Of a DNA stretch of 64,000 nt, positions 56,405-64,000 are shown one piece after another. The stretch comes from an uncultured Chlorobiaceae bacterium (lineage in GTDB: Bacteria > Bacteroidota > Ignavibacteria > UBA10030 > SZUA-254), in NCBI GenBank assembly GCA_964520905.1, contig CAZFQL010000010.1:18872-82871 (forward strand), read 5' to 3'. Each line of letters begins with the position of its first letter. Positions within the stretch are counted from its first letter, which is position 1. The position numbers and the translations under genes were made by a program. The notes under the pieces were generated by a model. It did not search any database. It was not told the origin of the DNA and was given only the letters and a program-made list of their open reading frames with translations.

Positions 56405-59143
56405 ATGACCGAAAAACCTCAATCAAAGAAAAAAATATACCAGATAGCAAAGGAAATCAATATCTCACATGAGACATTGATGGAATATCTGAAAAAGAGA
56501 GGGCACGAGATCAAGAGCCACATGTCTGTGGTCGATGATGCTATGATGCACGACATCTTATCTCATTTCAAAAAAGATAAGGAGGTAGCGGAAAAACATC
56601 AGAAGAAAGTCCAAACATATCGCGATTCTCGTAAGAAGAGCGAGGTAAAGGCGGCTCCGGTTGTTGAAGGACAACCTGCAGCGAAACCCACCAAAAAACG
56701 TAAGACCGAAGAACCAACTGTTCCGGTGGAAGTTGTTCAAGAAATAGAACCGGTAACGCAACCTCAAACGGAAATTAAATCCGAAATCAAGGAAGCTGAG
56801 CCAATCCAAGCTACGAGTAGTGTCGTTTCTCCGCCCGAGTCTGCTCCAACGTTAGAGATTCCTGCTCAAGAGGAGAAGGCAGTTCTATCTGAAGAAGTAA
56901 AATTAGAAGAACCACCGGTCATTATACAGAAACTGCCTGCAGAGACGGAAAAAATAAAAAAACCGATTAAAAAGGCAGCGGAACTTCATCCAAGGCTTAC
57001 ACCCAAAATGGGATTGACAATTAAGGGAAAGATTGATCTTGCTGAAGTTAGGCGTGCGGCTGCGATTCATGAGGGGGCAGCACCAACGGCATCTAAGGAT
57101 GAAACTGCGGATGATCTCAAGAAAAAGAAAAAGAAAAAGAAAAGGATCAAAACGGAGACGGTAGCGGCACCCAAAGAAGAGTCGGACGAATTGCTCCGGA
57201 AGGCTAAGAAGAAACGCAAATTGAAATATCGCGAAGTGGATCAGGAAGAAGTCGATGAAGCTATAAAAAGAACGCTTGCGGAAATTGACGACGCCGGAGT
57301 TGTTACTCAACGCGCCGCATTTAAGAAAAAAAGAAAAGAAAAACGATTAATCGAAGAGCAGAAACAACTCGAACAAATAGAAAAAGATAAATCGATTCTA
57401 AAAGTTACCGAATTTGTATCTGTGAATGAACTTTCCAATCTCATGGGCGTAAGCGTTGCGGAAGTCATTAAAAAATGTATCGAACTTGGCTTGATGGTAT
57501 CCATCAATCAGCGACTCGATAAAGATACTATAACATTGGTTGCAGATGAATATGGACTTGAAGTAAAATTCTTTTCTGAACTGGCTGAAGATATCGTTGC
57601 CGATGAACCTGATGCCGAGGACGATCTCCAACTTCGTCCACCTGTTGTAACAATTATGGGACATGTAGATCACGGAAAAACTTCGCTGCTCGATTATATC
57701 AGGAGAAGCAATGTCGTTGCGGGAGAAGCAGGCGGAATCACGCAGCACATCGGCGCATATATGGTAAACGTGAATGAGAATAAAAATATCACATTTCTCG
57801 ATACTCCGGGACACGAAGCGTTTACAGCTATGCGTGCACGCGGTGCCCAGATTACTGATATTGTAGTGCTTGTGGTCGCCGCTGATGACAGCGTTATGCC
57901 GCAAACTGTTGAAGCAATAAGCCATGCGCAGGCTGCAAACGTTCCTATCATCATAGCAATCAATAAAACTGACAAGGGTGATGCTAACGCAGAAAGAATA
58001 CGACAGCAGTTATCAGACAAAAATGTTCTGGTTGAAGAATGGGGTGGAAAATATCAGTGTGTTGAAATATCTGCAAGAACGGGAAAAAATGTAGAAGTCC
58101 TGCTCGAAAAAATATTACTCGAGGCGGATGTTCTCGATCTAAAAGCAAATCCTAACAAAACCGCACGTGGTGTTGTTTTGGAAGCTAAAGTCGATAAAGG
58201 AAAAGGAACCGTATCAACGGTACTCGTTCAAAAAGGAATGTTGAAAATAGGTGATTCTTTTGTTGCCGGCGTCCAAAGCGGAAAAGTTCGCGCGATGTAT
58301 GATGAACGTGGAAATCGTGTTGAGATAGCAAAGCCATCCACTCCGGTTCAAATTATCGGATTTGACGGCATTCCGCAAGCAGGAGATAATTTTGTCGCTG
58401 TTGAAAATGAGCGTGAAGCACGAGCGATCAGTATTCGCCGACAGCAATTAAAACGGGAACAGGATTTCCGTCTTATTCACAGCGTTACGCTGAATGACCT
58501 CTCACAAAAAATCAAAGATGGTCAGATCAAAGAGTTAAAAATGATCGTGAAAGGCGACGTTGATGGATCAGTTGGTGCGCTTGCAGATTCGTTAATGAAA
58601 ATTGTACATGAAGAAGTCAGGGTTAATGTTATTCATCGCGCTGTAGGGACAATATCGGAGTCAGATGTGCTTCTTGCGGCGGCATCTAATGCGGTTATAA
58701 TTGGTTTCCATGTCAGGCCCAACTTGAATGCGCGCAGACTTGCGGAGCAGGAGAAAGTAGATATCCGTATTTACAACATCATATATAATGCAATTGAGGA
58801 TGTGAGAAAGGCGCTCGAAGGATTACTTGCCCCTGAGAAGAATGAAGAGATAACTGCGACAGTAGAAGTACGCGACGTCTTTAAGATCCCAAAGATCGGC
58901 ACAATTGCCGGATGCCAGGTGCAAGACGGTAAAATTGCACGCGGAAATAAAGTACGTTTGCTTCGTGACGGTATCGTCATATTCGAAGGCGGTCTTGCAT
59001 CGCTTAAGCGTTTTAAAGAAGATGTCAGAGAAGTTGAATCCGGTTTTGAGTGCGGTATCGGCTTGGATGGATACCATGATATTAAGGCGGGTGACACTAT
59101 CGAAGCGTTTAAAATTGTCGAAACACTCAGAAAGCTTGCATAG
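56405..59143 (+). CDS. infB: Translation initiation factor IF-2
   Basis: Long Lys/Glu-rich N-terminal region, G domain ([24 protein letters not shown]) and C-terminal domains. Confidence 0.96.
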   Translation: MTEKPQSKKKIYQIAKEINISHETLMEYLKKRGHEIKSHMSVVDDAMMHDILSHFKKDKEVAEKHQKKVQTYRDSRKKSEVKAAPVVEGQPAAKPTKKRKTEEPTVPVEVVQEIEPVTQPQTEIKSEIKEAEPIQATSSVVSPPESAPTLEIPAQEEKAVLSEEVKLEEPPVIIQKLPAETEKIKKPIKKAAELHPRLTPKMGLTIKGKIDLAEVRRAAAIHEGAAPTASKDETADDLKKKKKKKKRIKTETVAAPKEESDELLRKAKKKRKLKYREVDQEEVDEAIKRTLAEIDDAGVVTQRAAFKKKRKEKRLIEEQKQLEQIEKDKSILKVTEFVSVNELSNLMGVSVAEVIKKCIELGLMVSINQRLDKDTITLVADEYGLEVKFFSELAEDIVADEPDAEDDLQLRPPVVTIMGHVDHGKTSLLDYIRRSNVVAGEAGGITQHIGAYMVNVNENKNITFLDTPGHEAFTAMRARGAQITDIVVLVVAADDSVMPQTVEAISHAQAANVPIIIAINKTDKGDANAERIRQQLSDKNVLVEEWGGKYQCVEISARTGKNVEVLLEKILLEADVLDLKANPNKTARGVVLEAKVDKGKGTVSTVLVQKGMLKIGDSFVAGVQSGKVRAMYDERGNRVEIAKPSTPVQIIGFDGIPQAGDNFVAVENEREARAISIRRQQLKREQDFRLIHSVTLNDLSQKIKDGQIKELKMIVKGDVDGSVGALADSLMKIVHEEVRVNVIHRAVGTISESDVLLAAASNAVIIGFHVRPNLNARRLAEQEKVDIRIYNIIYNAIEDVRKALEGLLAPEKNEEITATVEVRDVFKIPKIGTIAGCQVQDGKIARGNKVRLLRDGIVIFEGGLASLKRFKEDVREVESGFECGIGLDGYHDIKAGDTIEAFKIVETLRKLA

Positions 59144-59154
59144 GAATTCATAGC

Positions 59155-59517
59155 ATGTCATTGCGTACCGAAAAAGTCGCTTCGCTCATAAAAGAAGAAA
59201 TCGGAATGTATTTCACGCGTGAATTTCGTGACCCTGCTTATGGTTTTATCACTGTTACCGAAGTACACGTAACGCCTGATCTTAAAATAGCAAAAATCTA
59301 TGTTAGTATAATGGGATCACCTGATGTAAAGGCGGCTACTTTACAGATGCTTGAAGATCATAAAGGAGAGATAAGGTCGTTCATAGGTTCGACTATTAGA
59401 TTGAAATTCACTCCGGCTATTCAATTTTATATGGATGAAACTCTCGATCGCGCAGAGAAGATCAATAACTTGATCAGACAAATTCACAAAGATGATGCAA
59501 CGAAGGGTCCCGAGTGA
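59155..59517 (+). CDS. rbfA: Ribosome-binding factor A
   Basis: RTEKVASLIKEEIGMYF...ITVTEVHVTPDLKIAKIYVS matches RbfA. Confidence 0.92.
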   Translation: MSLRTEKVASLIKEEIGMYFTREFRDPAYGFITVTEVHVTPDLKIAKIYVSIMGSPDVKAATLQMLEDHKGEIRSFIGSTIRLKFTPAIQFYMDETLDRAEKINNLIRQIHKDDATKGPE

Positions 59518-59542
59518 TATCTTCATTCACGAGAATTTGGCG

Positions 59543-60478
59543 ATGATTGTTGTACGCACATTAGAAGAAATTACGCGCGACTCAAACTCAGTCATAACAA
59601 TAGGCACATTTGATGGTGTGCATCTCGGCCATAAATTGATCTTCCGTAGATTACTTGAGCGTGCAACCGAGTACAATGCTCGGAGTATTATTGTCACTTT
59701 CGAACCCCATCCCCGTGAAGTTGTTGGAAAAGGTTCGGTGATGTTATTAAGTACTCTCGATGAGCGTCTTGAACTGATGAAAAATATCGGAGTTGACCTG
59801 GTATATGTAATAGAGTTTACATTTGATTTTTCACGACAAACATCTCGTGAGTTTTATGAGCGCTATATCCTGCATGGTACGGGTGTGCGAAGCGTGATAG
59901 TGGGACATGATCATATGTTCGGGAGAGATCGTAAATCGAATATCGATGAACTAAGACAAATGGGGAAAGATTCGCAGTTTGAAGTTGATGTACTTGAACC
60001 CGTTTCATCGGAAGGAGAGATAATAAGCAGTACAAAAATCCGAAATCTTTTATCTAATGGTGATGTTGAACGTGCTGCGAAATATCTTGATCGTCCATAT
60101 TCAATAAAAGGTCAAGTCGTAGAAGGAGATCGAAGAGGAAAAACACTTAATTTCCCAACTGCCAACATACAGCCGCAGTCGGGCAGTAAAGTAGTCCCTC
60201 AAAACGGTGTGTATTTTGTTTCATTAGAATTTGACGGAAATAAATTTTATGGTATGTTAAATATCGGCATCAGGCCCACGTTTAAACCAGACGGGCAGAG
60301 GATAATAGAAGCTAATATTTTCGGCGTAAACGAGGTGCTTTACGGGGAAGAAATAACAGTTAATTTTTTAAGAAGAATTAGATCGGAAATAAAATTTTCA
60401 TCAAAGGAAGAATTAGTTACACAGTTGCACAATGACAGAGCTATGTGCAGGAAGTTTATTAATAAAGTTCAACAATAA
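59543..60478 (+). CDS. ribF: Bifunctional riboflavin kinase / FMN adenylyltransferase
   Basis: ITIGTFDGVHLGH, then the kinase domain GDRRGKTLNFPTANI...NIGIRPTF. The ATG at 59543 was preferred over the upstream extension that overlaps rbfA. Confidence 0.92.
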   Translation: MIVVRTLEEITRDSNSVITIGTFDGVHLGHKLIFRRLLERATEYNARSIIVTFEPHPREVVGKGSVMLLSTLDERLELMKNIGVDLVYVIEFTFDFSRQTSREFYERYILHGTGVRSVIVGHDHMFGRDRKSNIDELRQMGKDSQFEVDVLEPVSSEGEIISSTKIRNLLSNGDVERAAKYLDRPYSIKGQVVEGDRRGKTLNFPTANIQPQSGSKVVPQNGVYFVSLEFDGNKFYGMLNIGIRPTFKPDGQRIIEANIFGVNEVLYGEEITVNFLRRIRSEIKFSSKEELVTQLHNDRAMCRKFINKVQQ

Positions 60479-60504
60479 CAGATTAGTTTTAAAGGAGAAG
60501 TAAA

Positions 60505-60774
60505 ATGCCATTAACAAAAGAGAAGAAACAAGAGCTTATGAATAAGTTCGGCAAAACGCCTGCTGATTCGGGTTCACCGGAAGTTCAGATTGCGATTCTA
60601 ACAAATCGCATAAACGATCTTTCATCACATTTTAACAAAGCCGTGAAAGACCATCACTCAAGATACGGATTGCTCAAGATGGTAGGTAAGAGGCGTAGAT
60701 TATTAGTATATCTGCAAAATAAAAATATGGATCGATACCGGAAAATAATCCAGGAACTTGAATTGCGCAAATAA
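60505..60774 (+). CDS. rpsO: 30S ribosomal protein S15
   Basis: [21 protein letters not shown]...[23 protein letters not shown] matches S15. Confidence 0.95.
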   Translation: MPLTKEKKQELMNKFGKTPADSGSPEVQIAILTNRINDLSSHFNKAVKDHHSRYGLLKMVGKRRRLLVYLQNKNMDRYRKIIQELELRK

Positions 60775-60825
60775 GCGTGTAATTGAAAATAAAAATAATC
60801 ATAAATTGAAATTGGAAGAAATCAG

Positions 60826-63099
60826 ATGGTAATAAGAAAAGAAATTGAAATTGGTGGAAGAATTCTCTCCATCGAAACAGGTAAGTATGCTAAACAGGCA
60901 GATGGAGCAGTAATGGTGCGATATGGTGACACGATGGTACTGGTTGCTGTTGTTGCAAGCAAAGAAATAGTGGAGGGAAGGGATTTTCTTCCACTTCAGG
61001 TAGAGTATCGGGAAAAAACTGCGGCGGCAGGAAAAATTCCGGGTGGATTTTTCAAAAGGGAAGGGCGACCTACTGAAAAAGAAATTCTCTCTTCCCGTCT
61101 GATTGATCGACCTATCAGACCCATGTTTCCTGAAGGTTATAGAAGCGAAACACAGATATTATTAACTGTGTTTTCATCAGATCAGGAAAACGATGCAGAT
61201 TTCCTCGGAGCTCTAGGCGCTTCATCTGCGTTAATGATTTCTGATATCCCTTTTGCAGGTCCTATCGCTGAGGTGCGTGTCGGAAAAATCGACGGCAATC
61301 TTATCGTCAATCCGACATTCAGCCAATTGCCTTTAAGCAAGATGGACATCATGGTGGCGGGGACAACTACTTCGATCGTGATGGTTGAAGGAGAAACAAA
61401 AGAAATATCCGAACAGGATATGCTCGAAGCTCTCCGATTCGCACAGGAAAATATCAAGAAATTATGTGACCTTCAGATCGAATTTCAGAAAGAATCGAAT
61501 CGACCGAAACGTGAAATACCGATCAATCAACTGAAGAATCAAATGAATGAAGCAGTCTCAAAAATTGCACGCGATAAAGTCCGTGCCGCGACACATCAAA
61601 TATTGATGAAGGAAGAAAGAAGCAAAGCGAACGAAGAAATTCTACATGCCACTATCGAAGGAATGAAATCAGCGATTGCCTCTGCTACACTCACACTTGA
61701 TGATAAAGATCAGGTACTCTTTCATGAAAGTCCGGGTGCGTTTGTAGAAGATAAAAAAGATCTTATTGCAGATATCCTCCACGATATCGAATATGAAGAG
61801 ATGAGAAAAATGATTCTTGATGAAGGCAAGCGGCTGGATGGAAGAGGCGTGAAAGACATTCGTCCTATCACATGTGAGATCGGCTTATTGCCGCGAACTC
61901 ACGGCTCAGCGCTTTTCACGCGCGGTGAGACTCAAAGTTTAACCTCGGCAACATTGGGAACTAAGTTAGATGAACAAATCCTCGATGGATTACAGCCCGA
62001 ATCAACCAAACGCTTCATGTTGCACTACAATTTTCCTCCATTTTCGGTTGGTGAGGTTGGTAGACTTGGCAGCACTGGCAGGCGAGAAATCGGTCACGGC
62101 AATCTTGCTGAGCGTTCCCTTAAGAACGTTCTTCCTCTGGCGGAAGAATTTCCGTATACTATCCGTATCGTTTCTGATATTCTTGAATCGAACGGTTCTT
62201 CATCGATGGCAACGGTATGCGCAGGAACTCTCGCGTTAATGGATGCCGGCGTTCCGCTTAAAAAACCGGTTGCTGGCATTGCGATGGGTCTTATTAAAGA
62301 AGCAGATAAAGTTGCGGTACTAAGCGATATCTTGGGCAATGAAGATCATCTCGGTGATATGGATTTTAAAGTATCGGGTACGAGAGATGGTATTACCGGT
62401 CTACAGATGGATATAAAGATTCAGGGAATATCGTTCGATATTATCGAGCGAGCGCTGATGCAAGCGAAGGACGGACGTTTCCATATACTTGGAATCATGG
62501 AACAAACAATAAATGAACCGCGTAAGGAATTATCAAAGTATGCGCCACGATTAACAACGATCAAGATTCCGGTTGATATGATCGGAACAATTATCGGTCC
62601 TGGCGGAAAGATGATTCGTCAGATCGTGAAAGATACCGGCGCAGAAATAAATATTGAAGACGACGGCACAATAGTAATTGCTTCAGTTAGTGCGGAGGGA
62701 TCAAATAAAGCGCAGGAAATTATCAGCAAGCTCGTGGAAGCTCCGGTAGTTGGAAAGACTTATAAAGGGAAAGTCACTAGACTGATGGATTTTGGTGCAT
62801 TTGTTGAATTCCTACCCGGTAAAGAAGGGCTTGTTCATATTTCGCATCTAGACGTGAATCGTGTGAATAAAGTTTCAGATGTTCTGAAGGTTGGAGATGA
62901 AATTGAAGTCAAGTTGATAAAAATTGACGACGAAGGCAGAAACAATCTGAGCCGTAAAGCATTGATGCCCGGTTATGATCCTGAACAGGAAGCACTGCGC
63001 GAAGCAGAGCGAAAAAGAGACCGCCCCCCACGGCGAGACGGAGATCGTAATAGTGGTCACCGAGGCGGTGGAGGACATCACCGTCCACATCGCGATTAA
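60826..63099 (+). CDS. pnp: Polyribonucleotide nucleotidyltransferase (PNPase) with basic Arg/Gly/His-rich C-terminal tail
   Basis: Two RNase PH domains, a KH domain (IGPGGKMIRQI) and an S1 domain (GKVTRLMDFGAFVEFLPGKEGLVHIS). Confidence 0.96.
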   Translation: MVIRKEIEIGGRILSIETGKYAKQADGAVMVRYGDTMVLVAVVASKEIVEGRDFLPLQVEYREKTAAAGKIPGGFFKREGRPTEKEILSSRLIDRPIRPMFPEGYRSETQILLTVFSSDQENDADFLGALGASSALMISDIPFAGPIAEVRVGKIDGNLIVNPTFSQLPLSKMDIMVAGTTTSIVMVEGETKEISEQDMLEALRFAQENIKKLCDLQIEFQKESNRPKREIPINQLKNQMNEAVSKIARDKVRAATHQILMKEERSKANEEILHATIEGMKSAIASATLTLDDKDQVLFHESPGAFVEDKKDLIADILHDIEYEEMRKMILDEGKRLDGRGVKDIRPITCEIGLLPRTHGSALFTRGETQSLTSATLGTKLDEQILDGLQPESTKRFMLHYNFPPFSVGEVGRLGSTGRREIGHGNLAERSLKNVLPLAEEFPYTIRIVSDILESNGSSSMATVCAGTLALMDAGVPLKKPVAGIAMGLIKEADKVAVLSDILGNEDHLGDMDFKVSGTRDGITGLQMDIKIQGISFDIIERALMQAKDGRFHILGIMEQTINEPRKELSKYAPRLTTIKIPVDMIGTIIGPGGKMIRQIVKDTGAEINIEDDGTIVIASVSAEGSNKAQEIISKLVEAPVVGKTYKGKVTRLMDFGAFVEFLPGKEGLVHISHLDVNRVNKVSDVLKVGDEIEVKLIKIDDEGRNNLSRKALMPGYDPEQEALREAERKRDRPPRRDGDRNSGHRGGGGHHRPHRD

Positions 63100-63117
63100 T
63101 AAGATCAAATGAATTAA

Positions 63118-63158
63118 CCCGTGGGAACGTGCGTAAGTGCGCCCACGGGAATTTTTTT
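63118..63158 (+). terminator. Rho-independent terminator after pnp
   Basis: CCCGTGGG (63118-63125) / CCCACGGG (63142-63149) followed by AATTTTTTT. Confidence 0.85.
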
Positions 63159-63198
63159 ATCTACATGTAATGTTCAATGATAAGCTGATAATTATTCA

Positions 63199-64000
63199 AT
63201 GCACACCGACAAAAAAATATTATTGATTATTCTCGATGGATTTGGGATTGGAAAGATCCCGGAGTACGATGCTATCCAGCAAGCAAAAAAACCGTTCATC
63301 GATTCTTTATTTAGAAAATATCCATGGACTTCAATCAGTGCTTCCGGTGAGGACGTAGGTTTACCTACAGGTCAGATGGGGAATTCTGAAGTAGGTCACA
63401 TGAATATCGGTGCCGGGAGAATAGTGTGGCAGGAAATTACACGGATAGATCGTTCAATACGGTCGGGTGATTTCTTTGAGAAACCTGCATTCCTTGGTGC
63501 AATCGAAAATACTAAAAAATACGATTCATCTCTTCACCTTATCGGATTATTGTCCGACGGAGGTGTTCATAGTATGAATACTCATCTTTACGCCCTTCTT
63601 ACGTTAGCAAAAACACATCAGCTAAAAAATGTTTTCATCCATGTGATACTTGATGGACGCGATACTCCGCCTGAATCGGGCGTTGGATATATTACGGAAC
63701 TTCAACAAAAGATTGCAGAAATTGGTATTGGAGAAATTGCAACTGTGATGGGGCGATATTATGGGATGGATCGCGATAACCGCTGGGATCGGACGGAAAA
63801 AGCGTATCGTGCTTTAACTGAAGGCGCTGGTGAGCGCGCGGATAATCCGGTAGAAGCTGTGCGGGCATCTTATAAACTAAACCTCGCAGATGAGTTCGTT
63901 CTTCCCATAATCATTACAAAAGAAGGTCAGCCTAAAGCGGTGATAAAAGAAAACGATTCTGTTATCTTCTATAATTTCCGAACTGATCGTACACGCCAAC
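63199..64000 (+). CDS. gpmI: 2,3-bisphosphoglycerate-independent phosphoglycerate mutase, N-terminal part (runs off the window)
   Basis: My own translation from the ATG at 63199: MHTDKKILLIILDGFGIGK...GLPTGQMGNSEVGHMNIGAGRIVWQ...LIGLLSDGGVHS. The frame is open to the window end, so it is absent from the ORF track. Confidence 0.88.
   Translation, partial: MHTDKKILLIILDGFGIGKIPEYDAIQQAKKPFIDSLFRKYPWTSISASGEDVGLPTGQMGNSEVGHMNIGAGRIVWQEITRIDRSIRSGDFFEKPAFLGAIENTKKYDSSLHLIGLLSDGGVHSMNTHLYALLTLAKTHQLKNVFIHVILDGRDTPPESGVGYITELQQKIAEIGIGEIATVMGRYYGMDRDNRWDRTEKAYRALTEGAGERADNPVEAVRASYKLNLADEFVLPIIITKEGQPKAVIKENDSVIFYNFRTDRTRQ

Overview
AT-rich bacterial chromosomal segment. The C-terminal T9SS (Por) sorting domain on a giant secreted protein suggests an FCB-group organism, possibly Ignavibacteria-like; this is inference only. 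Most of the window is densely packed + strand housekeeping genes: the nuoM and nuoN ends of complex I; nnr-vanZ-tgt-yajC-ribBA-greA; a tRNA Gly-Cys-Leu-Val cluster followed by thrS-infC-rpmI-rplT-pheS-pheT-zapA; rny-coaE-nadB-purF-pgsA-like-ftsY; mutL; ispF-dedA-PAP2-lnt-ltaE; rimP-nusA-infB-rbfA-ribF-rpsO-pnp; and the start of gpmI. No integrase, transposase, CRISPR array or rRNA was seen. Three stretches look accessory or decaying. (1) About 8.5 kb sits between nuoM and nuoN. It holds two cation/proton antiporter-type genes, a tandem Usp, two gene fragments and a solitary Type IIG restriction-modification fusion gene. That gene carries palindromic repeat units inserted in frame. (2) At 39.2-41.2 kb there are three small genes with strong Shine-Dalgarno (SD) sites, flanked by perfect GC-rich palindromes. 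(3) A sulfatase/LTA-synthase remnant lies at 46.05-46.45 kb. Other notable points are a ~270-nt multi-hairpin non-coding candidate between zapA and rny, an in-frame TAA splitting a dipeptide epimerase, an apparent ATA start for infC, and a promoter-plus-terminator leader upstream of rimP-nusA-infB. I found no convincing multi-gene novel system. The repeat-invaded RM gene and the zapA-rny RNA candidate are the best leads.
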